This document shows, one piece after another, positions 54,515 through 63,652 of a stretch of DNA of 64,000 nt. The stretch covers positions 12,138-76,137 of the forward strand of contig CAZGKF010000001.1 in NCBI GenBank assembly GCA_964526475.1. Direction: 5' to 3'. Numbering within the stretch: the stretch's first letter is position 1; each line of letters begins with the position of its first letter. This DNA is from an uncultured Bacteroidaceae bacterium. GTDB lineage: Bacteria > Bacteroidota > Bacteroidia > Bacteroidales > GCA-2748055. A program made the position numbers and the translations under genes. Under the pieces are notes generated by a model, which saw only the letters and a list, made by a program, of their open reading frames with translations, did not search any database and was not told where the DNA came from.

Positions 54515-55936
54515 TTATATGTCTGAAGCATTCTCAATAGCCTGCTTCAGAGCACCCAGTTTATTATTAACTTCATTAAGTTCGTTATCTTCAGCAGAGG
54601 CAGCTACTATACCCGCTCCTGCCTGATAATAAAGAGTGTTATCCTTACTCAGAAATGATCGTATCATTATTGCATGATTAATGCTTCCATCGAATCCGAA
54701 ACATCCAATTGCTCCTCCATAATAACCGCGATTCCTGTTCTCATATTGATCAATCAGTTGCATTGCTTTAAACTTTGGGGCACCGGAAAGAGTTCCTGCA
54801 GGAAAAGAGTCTCCAAATACCTTCACCGGATTAAAACCCTTCCTTAATTCACCGGTTACCTCAGAAACGAGATGAATAACATGGGAGTAATATTGTACTT
54901 CCCTGAAGGTTTTTACATGTACCTTATCAGAATTCTTGCTGAGATCATTTCTCGCAAGATCAACAAGCATAACATGTTCCGCATTTTCTTTCTGATCGTT
55001 AGTAAGCTCAAAAGCAAGCTGTTTGTCGTTCTCATCATTACCTGTTCTGCGAAATGTGCCGGCAATCGGGTTAATAATAGCCAGTCCATCTTCAATTCTA
55101 AGCTGTGCCTCCGGTGAGGATCCGAAAAGCTTATAACCACCGTAATCAAAATAAAACAGGTAAGGGGAGGGATTGATACCCCGAAGCGCTCTGTATACAT
55201 TAAATTCATCTCCTTTGAAGGCTTGCCTGTATTGTCTGGAAAGCACTATCTGAAAAACATCACCCAGGGAACAGTGCTTCTTTCCAAGCCTGACAAGCTC
55301 TTTATATTCTTCATCAGTAATATTCGAACTCTCCTCATGAAATGGCTGGAAAGTAAAAGAACCAATTTTTCGATTGGTAAGAAGTACCTGAACCTCATTC
55401 ATCCTGCTACTTTCTCCTTCAGGAATATTTTCAAGGAGGTACATTTTGTTACTGAAATGGTTTATCCCCAGGATAAAACGGTAAAGCGCATAATGGATAT
55501 CGGGTATCCTGCATTCGGGACTAACTGGTTTATGAAGTTCAATATCCTCAAAATAACGTACTGCATCATAAGAGGTATATCCAAATAATCCATTGGTTTT
55601 CATTTCATTTGCAACTTCCTTATTATCGATCAGAAACGATCTTAAAAAATTAGCAAGAACATCAGAAAAAGTGTTTTTGTTTTTTATTATATATTCTTCC
55701 TTCTTTCCGCCTGGGAAAGTTATGTGTATATTCCCCATTTCAGCTCTTATAGTAGAGATCACCTCGAAACAAATATAGGTCATACTATTCCGGTTCCCAT
55801 GATAATCAGAGCTTTCCAGCAGTATTGCATTGGGATACTGGTCTCTTATTTTAAGATAAATACTTACAGGAGTTATAAGGTCGGCAACCCCCGGAGGAAA
55901 TGAATTTATTTTTATATGCAAATTTGTTTTCTTCAT
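54515..55936 (-). CDS. trpE: Anthranilate synthase component I
   Basis: LLESSDYHG, NPSPYLFYFD, GAGIVA.S, and GTLSGAPK.AM. Confidence 0.95.
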   Translation of the reverse strand: MKKTNLHIKINSFPPGVADLITPVSIYLKIRDQYPNAILLESSDYHGNRNSMTYICFEVISTIRAEMGNIHITFPGGKKEEYIIKNKNTFSDVLANFLRSFLIDNKEVANEMKTNGLFGYTSYDAVRYFEDIELHKPVSPECRIPDIHYALYRFILGINHFSNKMYLLENIPEGESSRMNEVQVLLTNRKIGSFTFQPFHEESSNITDEEYKELVRLGKKHCSLGDVFQIVLSRQYRQAFKGDEFNVYRALRGINPSPYLFYFDYGGYKLFGSSPEAQLRIEDGLAIINPIAGTFRRTGNDENDKQLAFELTNDQKENAEHVMLVDLARNDLSKNSDKVHVKTFREVQYYSHVIHLVSEVTGELRKGFNPVKVFGDSFPAGTLSGAPKFKAMQLIDQYENRNRGYYGGAIGCFGFDGSINHAIMIRSFLSKDNTLYYQAGAGIVAASAEDNELNEVNNKLGALKQAIENASDI

Positions 55937-55951
55937 AGCATTAGTTTAAAT

Positions 55952-55983
55952 AAAAAAAAAAGCCTGCCGGGAATCCGACAGGC
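55952..55983 (-). terminator. Intrinsic terminator of the trp attenuator, 15 nt upstream of the trpE ATG
   Basis: The minus strand reads GCCUGUCGG-AUUC-CCGGCAGGC followed by U10. The stem is 9 bp including one G-U pair. Confidence 0.8.
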
Positions 55984-56025
55984 CGCTGAAATATCTATGG
56001 TTAATTTTAAGTCATGGCAATACTG

Positions 56026-56082
56026 TCACCCGGAAATAAGGTAATTCAACTGCCACCACCAAATATTAATAAAACCTTTCAT
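56026..56082 (-). CDS. trpL: trp operon leader peptide (18 aa, MKGFINIWWWQLNYLISG)
   Basis: ATG at 56082 and TGA at 56028-56026. Three consecutive TGG codons occupy 56061-56053. The terminator lies 42 nt downstream of the stop codon. Confidence 0.75.
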   Translation of the reverse strand: MKGFINIWWWQLNYLISG

Positions 56083-56235
56083 TGAGTAATTGATCTGATG
56101 CAAAAATAATACTTTTTTTAATACAGTGATTATATACCATATTTTTTTTTCCTGTCAGAAGAAATAATTTATTAAAGCTTCGCATATACTCAACTTGTCA
56201 AATAATGAGAAAGAAACTTTAAAGTAACACTTTTG

Positions 56236-57312
56236 TCATTCCATCAATGAAATAATGATCTTTTCCATCAGGCTGTGGTTCTCATAAATTCGGTTCATGA
56301 GAGTAAGCTGTGCCCTGGTTCTGTATAAATTATGATCAGGGTAAGAGATATGGTAATATTTATCATTCTCAAGATAATCAGTCAGAAACCTCACTGCTTG
56401 CTGACATGTAATAAAAAACGGCGCAAGATAAAGAGTTTCAACTTCTAATTTACTTATAAATAATGAAACAGCTTTCATATACCCTTTGGTATAACTTTCA
56501 AAAGCCGGGAAGTTAAATTGAATAAGACTTGTATCCTTTTCATCTTCCTTAGCAGTATTTGCAAATGTGCGCATTGAATCCCCAAAATCTGAATGAAGAA
56601 TACCTGTCATGACCGTATCAAGATCAATAACAGAAATAGCCTTCCCCTCCTGATTTAATAAAATATTACTCATTTTAGCATCATGATGAGCTATTCTTTT
56701 GGGAAGGATTTCCTTACGTATCAGTTTTTGTAATTCCTCTGTTTTCATAATACCATTTGAAGCTGCATCAACTTCTGCAGACGCTGATTTAAGCCGGTCA
56801 GGATTTCCTTCTTTAATGGATTTAAGAAAATTATCATGTCGAAAATCCATATCATGAAAATGTGGGATAGTTTCATTCAGAGGTTTCCCGGTCAGATCAG
56901 ACAACATATGTACAAACTTTCCATATGCACTGCCAGCTTCAAATACTTTCGGGAGAGAAGGAGGATTTTCTCTCAGTGGTTCGTGGGGAATATAATTAAA
57001 CATTCTCCAATATTTCTCCTTATACAAAAAACAACTCTGATTGTCACTAGTCATAATCAACCTCATGGGTATCCATTCAGGCAGATCCTGTTTAATTTTC
57101 TTTTCCAAATGATCGCATAACCTTACAATATTTTCCATCAAACCTTTTACATCCCTGAAAACATGATGGTTTATTTGCTGGAGAATAAATGTATTATCGG
57201 TACATTCAACAATATAAGTGGAATGAATATGACCTGATTCAATTTGCTTCACCGAATTTACCTGGGAAGATAACCGGAAATTCCTTAGGATTCTATAAAT
57301 ATCATTTTCCAT
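56236..57312 (-). CDS. Aminoglycoside-phosphotransferase-fold kinase (probable sugar anomeric kinase)
   Basis: Protein-kinase-like/APH pattern: HIHSTYIV, then IAHHDAKMSNILL...VIDLDT (Brenner and DxD-type motifs). Confidence 0.7.
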   Translation of the reverse strand: MENDIYRILRNFRLSSQVNSVKQIESGHIHSTYIVECTDNTFILQQINHHVFRDVKGLMENIVRLCDHLEKKIKQDLPEWIPMRLIMTSDNQSCFLYKEKYWRMFNYIPHEPLRENPPSLPKVFEAGSAYGKFVHMLSDLTGKPLNETIPHFHDMDFRHDNFLKSIKEGNPDRLKSASAEVDAASNGIMKTEELQKLIRKEILPKRIAHHDAKMSNILLNQEGKAISVIDLDTVMTGILHSDFGDSMRTFANTAKEDEKDTSLIQFNFPAFESYTKGYMKAVSLFISKLEVETLYLAPFFITCQQAVRFLTDYLENDKYYHISYPDHNLYRTRAQLTLMNRIYENHSLMEKIIISLME

Positions 57313-58219
57313 AACTACCCCATAAGTCTTCCGGATATAAGCCTTTATTAATCAAAGTTTTTAACATTGACATCACATGTGGCCGGTCTTCCTTATAAGT
57401 TACTCCAAACCATTGCTCGTCAGTTTCAAGAACTTTCATTCTTGCCAAACCATCTTTAATCATCATATCAACAGTAAGTGGTATAAAGAACTCGGCCTTT
57501 GGATTCATTGCATTTATACTGAGAAAATCATTAAAATACTTTTCTATCCAATTAAAAACAGATGGGGTTAAGCCAAACAGATTCATTGAAACAAGTGTGT
57601 TTTCCTCAAGCGGGGTTTCAGTCTCATCTTCTATATAAACAATTCTTTCGGATTTCTCTGTAATTTTAACTCTCTCAACTATTTCTGCCAGGAAACCATT
57701 ATTATCAACTTTACAAACACCCCTTGAAACAGTTCCATACCTGGATAAGGTATTTCTGATCCTGTATCCGGTCATACAATATTCAAATATTCCTTTTTCA
57801 TTAATCCTCCCCAGGTAATTTGAAATTAAGCGGTAGGAGTCTCTTCCGTAAAAATCATCGGCATTGATCACTGCAAAAGGCTGATTTATTTTAGGGGCAG
57901 CCATTAAAACAGCATGTGCAGTACCCCAGGGTTTTTTACGCTCAGGTGAAATTCTGAAGCCTTCAGGTATGGTGTCAATACTTTGTAATACGTAATCAAT
58001 CTCAACAGATGCCGGAAATTTATTTATATAAAATGTATTGAATTCTTCTTCCATTGCAGGAGAAATAACAAAAACAACCTTCCCGAATCCGGATTTCATA
58101 GCATCGTAAATAGAATAATCTGTAATTGTTTCGCCTGAAGGGCCAAATTGCTCGGTTTGCTTCATGCTGCCATAACGACTACCTATTCCTGCAGCCAGAA
58201 TTAAAAGTGTGGGTTTCAT
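57302..58219 (-). CDS. Sugar-1-phosphate nucleotidyltransferase
   Basis: The N-terminal LILAAGIGSRYGSMKQ is a nucleotide-binding G-rich loop. The gene overlaps the kinase gene by 11 nt. Confidence 0.7.
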   Translation of the reverse strand: MKPTLLILAAGIGSRYGSMKQTEQFGPSGETITDYSIYDAMKSGFGKVVFVISPAMEEEFNTFYINKFPASVEIDYVLQSIDTIPEGFRISPERKKPWGTAHAVLMAAPKINQPFAVINADDFYGRDSYRLISNYLGRINEKGIFEYCMTGYRIRNTLSRYGTVSRGVCKVDNNGFLAEIVERVKITEKSERIVYIEDETETPLEENTLVSMNLFGLTPSVFNWIEKYFNDFLSINAMNPKAEFFIPLTVDMMIKDGLARMKVLETDEQWFGVTYKEDRPHVMSMLKTLINKGLYPEDLWGSYGK

Positions 58220-58260
58220 GCGAAAAAAACTGTGTTATGTTATTGTTAATTAATTTGTTC

Positions 58261-58323
58261 GCATGGAACCCTCATGTATGTTCATGTCCTTGTTGTGTAC
58301 GTTAGTGCATGAGGGTTTCATGC
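58261..58323 (-). repeat. 61-nt hairpin element, copy B (reverse orientation relative to copy A)
   Basis: The reverse complement matches 9132-9190 at 54 of 59 positions. Its stem is CATGAAACCCTCATG / CATGAGGGTTCCATG. Confidence 0.85.
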
Positions 58324-58338
58324 GATTATCCCTTTCAA

Positions 58339-60123
58339 TTAGTTCTTCAATTTCTTCCAGGTTCTGATCAACAAGCCGATAAGAAGTATATCAAATGTAA
58401 AAAAAATGGATGATGTAATTAACTTACCATATAGTAAATATCCTGTTGCGAAGAGAGAAAGAATTACAATAAAGCTCCCTAACAACATACAGAGAATTCC
58501 AACCGGGACATCCCATCCGGCTTTTTCCGGACTAACCAGAATTATTCCTTCACTTTCAGCCTCTTCAACAACTCTCTTCCACCCTGGTCCTCCTGGGTGT
58601 ACAAGTTGATAAAACCCCCGGAGAACTTCTTTCTTTTCAGGTTTTGTGAGTAAAGTTACAAGAAGCCATGATAAAGTTGTTATACCAACCCCTGATACAA
58701 GCCTTACGGCCACGGGGATATAGGGCAAGCCAAGTTTTACATGTATTATCTCGAAATAGATAGCTATCAGAAATGAAACAACCATTCCGGTTACCTCTGT
58801 GTACACATTTATCCTGTACCAGAACCACCGGAGTATATAGATGAGTCCTGTTCCTGCTCCAATCTGAAGTAGTATATGAAACGCCTGCAAAGCATTACTT
58901 AACAGAAGAGCCAGAAGTATACCTAGTGTCATGAGGGTCAGAGTGGAAATCCTGCCTGCCATGACCTGATTTTTTTGAGTAGCATTGGGATTGACAAAAC
59001 GACTGTAAAAATCATTAACTATATATGAAGATCCCCAGTTTACCTGTGATGCAGTTGTAGACATAAAGGCTGCTATCAATGAGGCAATAACGAGCCCGAG
59101 AAACCCTGCAGGCAGATGCGAAAGCATTGCCGGGTAGGCAATATCGTTCTGAATGAATTGCTCTTCAACGTTTGGGAATGCTTCACGTAATGATGCAATA
59201 TCAGGATAAACAATTAGTGAGGCTAGTGCTACTATTATCCATGGCCATGGGCGCAAAGCGTAATGAAGTATATTAAAAAGCAGAGTTGCTTTTCTTGCTC
59301 CGGTCTCTGTTTTTGCAGAAAGCATACGCTGAGCAATATATCCTCCTCCACCCGGTTCTGCTCCCGGATACCAAACACTCCACCATTGCAGTGCTATTGG
59401 GAGGATAAACAAAGTAACAAGCATATCACGGTTTGAAAAATCCGGAAGCATATTTAACTTCCCTTCCATTGCCGGATGAGCAATAAGATTTTTAAGTCCA
59501 CCAACCTCCGGCATCTTAACAATCATTATTGCAGCACCAATAACACCAACCATGGCAACACCAAATTGAAAGAAATCTGTAACCAGGATACTTTTTAATC
59601 CTCCTAAAGTTGTATAGGCAATCATTACCAGGGATGCAACAAGAAGGGTTTTCCATGCCGGCCAGTCAAACATTACCCCGCTGATCTTAATAAGAGCAAG
59701 ACATACAGTAGCAATAACAACAACGTTGAAGAAGCCTCCCAGGTATATGGCCCTGAAACCACGCAGGAAGGCAGCCATCTTGCCCCCATAACGGATTTCA
59801 TAAAATTCCAGATCTGTAAGGACTTTCGACCGCCTCCACAGTTTGGCATAAACAAAAACCGTTAGCATACCGGTAAGGACAAAAGCCCACCATAGCCAGT
59901 TACCTGAAACACCGTTCTGTCTTACAATATCAGTTACAAGATTTGGAGTATCACAACTGAAGGTAGTTGCAACCATGGATACCCCAAGGAGCCACCATGG
60001 CATGTTCCTGCCCGAAAGAAAGAAATCGGTTGTGCTTCTGCCTGCACCTCTTGAAAAAATGAATCCAAGAGATAAAAGAATTACGAAAAAACTCCCTAGA
60101 ATAATCCAATCAAAGTTTTGCAT
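58339..60123 (-). CDS. Sodium:solute symporter (SSS) family transporter
   Basis: 594 aa with about 14 predicted TM helices and SSS-like motifs (GR.MPWW..G.S..AT.FS, GGYIAQRMLSAK). Confidence 0.85.
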   Translation of the reverse strand: MQNFDWIILGSFFVILLSLGFIFSRGAGRSTTDFFLSGRNMPWWLLGVSMVATTFSCDTPNLVTDIVRQNGVSGNWLWWAFVLTGMLTVFVYAKLWRRSKVLTDLEFYEIRYGGKMAAFLRGFRAIYLGGFFNVVVIATVCLALIKISGVMFDWPAWKTLLVASLVMIAYTTLGGLKSILVTDFFQFGVAMVGVIGAAIMIVKMPEVGGLKNLIAHPAMEGKLNMLPDFSNRDMLVTLFILPIALQWWSVWYPGAEPGGGGYIAQRMLSAKTETGARKATLLFNILHYALRPWPWIIVALASLIVYPDIASLREAFPNVEEQFIQNDIAYPAMLSHLPAGFLGLVIASLIAAFMSTTASQVNWGSSYIVNDFYSRFVNPNATQKNQVMAGRISTLTLMTLGILLALLLSNALQAFHILLQIGAGTGLIYILRWFWYRINVYTEVTGMVVSFLIAIYFEIIHVKLGLPYIPVAVRLVSGVGITTLSWLLVTLLTKPEKKEVLRGFYQLVHPGGPGWKRVVEEAESEGIILVSPEKAGWDVPVGILCMLLGSFIVILSLFATGYLLYGKLITSSIFFTFDILLIGLLIRTWKKLKN

Positions 60124-60334
60124 GGAAAAAAATTTTTGCGTGAAACTAACAGTTTTTTTTAATAAAATAAAAAAAATGTAACTATTTAGTAAGATTCAGA
60201 TATATTACCCGCAAAAGAAACAAAGATAAACCATCGTAAAATTAAATTTCTTGATTAGATTTATGTTTTATAATTTCAGTAAATGAAAGAACAATCCAAA
60301 GATTCCGTTTCGTTTTAATGTCATTTTTTTTTAT

Positions 60335-61126
60335 ATGCCACGATACTTTATTCAAATATCTTTTCAGGGCACAAAATACCATGGATGGCAGATTCAGCCA
60401 TATTCAGCAACTGTTCAGTCAAGGCTTAATAATGCCCTGAGTGTCACTTTGCAAGAGGAAATATCTGCAACAGGAGCAGGGCGAACTGACACCGGAGTTC
60501 ACGCATCATATTTTATTGCCCATTTTGACACCAAAGTTTATCAATCAGATGAATGTGCCGATTTAGTCTTTCGTCTGAACAGGTTTCTTCCAGCCGATAT
60601 CCGCGTAAGTAGCATCCGAAAGGTAAATGAGAACTGGCATGCACGATTTCATGCTGTACAAAGAACCTATCAGTATGTAATTACAACAGAGAAATCCATC
60701 TTTTGTAATCATCTTTCGTTACACAGATATGGAAACCTCGATATAGAAAAGATGAATATGGCAGCAGCTATCCTGAAAGATATTAAAGATTTTACAAGTT
60801 TTTCCAGATTGCATGGAAGTTCAGATAATAACATATGTAATGTCATTGAATCTTTTTGGTTTACTCATGGAGCCTATCTGATTTACAGGATAAGCGCTGA
60901 CAGATTCCTTAGAAATATGGTAAGAGCAATTACAGGCACCCTAATAGATATAGGTACCGGGAAGATTGATCTGCAAAAATTTCAACAAATAATTGAAATG
61001 AGAAACAGAGGAGAGGCGGGAACGTCTGCTGAAGCAAAAGGACTATTTCTAACTTCTGTATTATACCCTGATGAATATCAGATTGACCGGCCAAATGATG
61101 AATTTCCCGGATTCTTATTATTATGA
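60335..61126 (+). CDS. truA: tRNA pseudouridine(38-40) synthase TruA
   Basis: YHGWQIQP, GAGRTDTGVHA (catalytic Asp) and FLRNMVR. Confidence 0.95.
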   Translation: MPRYFIQISFQGTKYHGWQIQPYSATVQSRLNNALSVTLQEEISATGAGRTDTGVHASYFIAHFDTKVYQSDECADLVFRLNRFLPADIRVSSIRKVNENWHARFHAVQRTYQYVITTEKSIFCNHLSLHRYGNLDIEKMNMAAAILKDIKDFTSFSRLHGSSDNNICNVIESFWFTHGAYLIYRISADRFLRNMVRAITGTLIDIGTGKIDLQKFQQIIEMRNRGEAGTSAEAKGLFLTSVLYPDEYQIDRPNDEFPGFLLL

Positions 61127-61159
61127 ACACAAAATATCTTTCTCATTAGCTGCCTGTTG

Positions 61160-61945
61160 TTACCTGCTTGTTTTTCTCAAGTCTGCAGTTTCAAATACGT
61201 CAGGATTATTCCATATGAGCCATGCTTGTTCTGCCTGCTCATATAACATATCAAGTCCGTTTGTTATAGTTGCTCCCCTTTTCTTTCCTTCACGTAAAAA
61301 AACAGTTTCAGGAGGATTATATACAAGATCGAACAGTATATGCGAAGGTGTAATGCACTCATATGGTATATCCGGAAATGTATTTATCTCAGGAAATGTA
61401 CCCAGAGGAGTTGTATTAATTATCAACAGGGAGGATTCTATTATTTTTTTATTCAAATCATTATAAACAATTGAATTCTCTGATTTTTTCCGCGAAACAA
61501 ATAAAAAACTGATCTTAAGTTCCTCCAATACATATGAAACAGCTTTAGAAGCCCCACCAGTACCAAGTATCAGGGCATTACTAATATCAGGTCTTATAAT
61601 GCGTAGCAGCGAATCCCGGAAACCATCAACATCTGTATTATAACCAATCAGGGAAATCCTGTTTTCACTTCGCTCTATCCTTACGGTGTTCACGGCGCCG
61701 ACCCCCAAAGCATCTTTGCTGATTGCGCAGAGGCAGGCTATTATCTTTTCTTTAAATGGGATAGTAACATTGAATCCTCTCAGTTCATTATGGCTCCTGA
61801 CCACATTCTCTAATTCATCAATATTTTTTATCTGAAAATTCAGATAAGCATGATCTTTCATCCCTTCTTTCTGAAATTTTTCCGTAAAATATCCCTTTGA
61901 GAAAGAATGATGTAATGGATAACCTATCAAACCATAGAGTTTCAT
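61160..61945 (-). CDS. aroE: Shikimate 5-dehydrogenase
   Basis: LYGLIGYPL.HSFS, NVTIPFK, GYNTD and the LGTGGASKAV Rossmann motif. Confidence 0.9.
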   Translation of the reverse strand: MKLYGLIGYPLHHSFSKGYFTEKFQKEGMKDHAYLNFQIKNIDELENVVRSHNELRGFNVTIPFKEKIIACLCAISKDALGVGAVNTVRIERSENRISLIGYNTDVDGFRDSLLRIIRPDISNALILGTGGASKAVSYVLEELKISFLFVSRKKSENSIVYNDLNKKIIESSLLIINTTPLGTFPEINTFPDIPYECITPSHILFDLVYNPPETVFLREGKKRGATITNGLDMLYEQAEQAWLIWNNPDVFETADLRKTSR

Positions 61946-62862
61946 CTAACTGATTTTTTGCGGAATAATTCTATTAAAAGAATTACGGAAACTCCGATCA
62001 GAATATAAAGCATAGAAAAAATAAAACTTCGCTCTGAATCATTAACAACCGGTAAAACATTTTTTACTTCCAGAGGAGAAACATTCCCATGGCTGTCGAT
62101 ATATGTATCAACAACCTCCTTCCATGGCCATATTTTATTCAAAGACCCTATCATGAAACCAGCGAGAAAGACAACAGTTATATCATGAAATCTCTTCAGA
62201 AGCCAGGAAAGTAAATTTGAGAAACTGATAAGTCCAACTATTGCGCCACCCATGAAGATCAGCAGCACATCCGGTTTAAAATCTACAACAGCATCCAGAA
62301 TAAATTCATATTTTCCAAGTAAAAGAAGAATAAAACTACCCGAAATGCCGGGCAGTATCATTGCACAGATAGCAATTGCTCCACATAAGAAGATAAACCA
62401 GGAAGCTCTGGTTGTTTCTGCAGGTGATACCGAAGTGATAAAAAATGCAATTATTATTGCAGAAAATAAAAATAACATAAGCTTGTAATTCCATACTTTT
62501 ATATTCCTGAGGATAATAAGTGAGGAGGCAATAATAAGTCCGAAAAAAAAGGACCAGACTAATACAGGGTTATCAAGAAGAAGATACTGTATAAGTTTTG
62601 AAAAAAATATAACACTTAGCAGAATACCTGTAAAAACGGACAAAAGAAACCTTCCGTTAATATGCTTCCATAAATCGTTGATACGAAAACTGAAAAACAT
62701 CCTCAATGCGTCTATATTAACGGATTTAATGGAATGTATAAGTTCTTCGTAGATTCCTGTTATAAAAGCAATAGTACCGCCGGAAACACCTGGGATAATA
62801 TCAGCAACTCCCATTCCCATCCCTTTAAAAATCAGAATGGTGTAATCAATAAACTGCCTCAT
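61942..62862 (-). CDS. DUF368-family membrane protein (polyprenyl-phosphate transporter family)
   Basis: The ADIIPGVSGGTIAF and ILPGISGSF motifs are duplicated within a multi-TM protein. It overlaps both neighbouring genes by 4 nt. Confidence 0.8.
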   Translation of the reverse strand: MRQFIDYTILIFKGMGMGVADIIPGVSGGTIAFITGIYEELIHSIKSVNIDALRMFFSFRINDLWKHINGRFLLSVFTGILLSVIFFSKLIQYLLLDNPVLVWSFFFGLIIASSLIILRNIKVWNYKLMLFLFSAIIIAFFITSVSPAETTRASWFIFLCGAIAICAMILPGISGSFILLLLGKYEFILDAVVDFKPDVLLIFMGGAIVGLISFSNLLSWLLKRFHDITVVFLAGFMIGSLNKIWPWKEVVDTYIDSHGNVSPLEVKNVLPVVNDSERSFIFSMLYILIGVSVILLIELFRKKSVR

Positions 62863-63641
62863 AATTTCCAGTCCTGAAATTGATCAGGTAATGCATTAAA
62901 AAATGTATCACCTCTTAAACCCTGCCTGAGAGCTTCTAAGGCAACAACCTCATTAGAAGCAATATTACCAAGATTTACATTTGCACCAAGCTGCGTGATA
63001 AAATATACCTGCTGATTTTTGTTGGGAGCTTCCCATATTACTTTATCAGGTAAAACATTTTCTGTAATCCCGGTAACCAGTTCTGTGTTTGCTGAGCCAT
63101 CGGCATTATAAATACCAATAGTCCCACTCTCCCTTGCCTCAGCAATTACTTTCCATGAACCATGTTCCAGTTCCGACTGCATATTCCTCACCCAGGCGTC
63201 GGTACTAAGGTCAATACCTTTTACCTTATATCCTACTTCAGATATAACAATAAAATCCTTACTGAGTTTTGAGATGTACTCAAGTTTTAAATTATGATCA
63301 AGGCGAATTGAGCCATCCGAAATTTCAATATATTCGAGTCCGGCATCAGAAACAAATTTTCTGTAAGCATCAAATAAACCTCTTACAATAAAAAGTTCAA
63401 ACAAGGTGCCACCGAAATAGGGTATAACTCCACCACTTTTATATAATTTGATCTTCTCCTTTAGATTCTCAGCAATTAAAGCTGTACCGAAACCAAATTT
63501 CACAAGATCGGTAAATTTCCCTGAGGATTCTAAAAAAGACCGGATTTCAACTAAGCCCAATCCTTTATCCATCATCATTGTAAGACCATTTATCCGGGGT
63601 TTGGCAGGTCTTTCGGGCATGTAACTTAAGTTGTAACTCAT
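62859..63641 (-). CDS. Phosphosulfolactate synthase (ComA)-family protein
   Basis: RP.KPR..GLTMMMDKGLG......L.....D.VKFGFGT...........Y......YFGGTLFE fits the ComA TIM-barrel pattern. Confidence 0.7.
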   Translation of the reverse strand: MSYNLSYMPERPAKPRINGLTMMMDKGLGLVEIRSFLESSGKFTDLVKFGFGTALIAENLKEKIKLYKSGGVIPYFGGTLFELFIVRGLFDAYRKFVSDAGLEYIEISDGSIRLDHNLKLEYISKLSKDFIVISEVGYKVKGIDLSTDAWVRNMQSELEHGSWKVIAEARESGTIGIYNADGSANTELVTGITENVLPDKVIWEAPNKNQQVYFITQLGANVNLGNIASNEVVALEALRQGLRGDTFFNALPDQFQDWKL

Positions 63642-63652
63642 GAAATCAGGAT

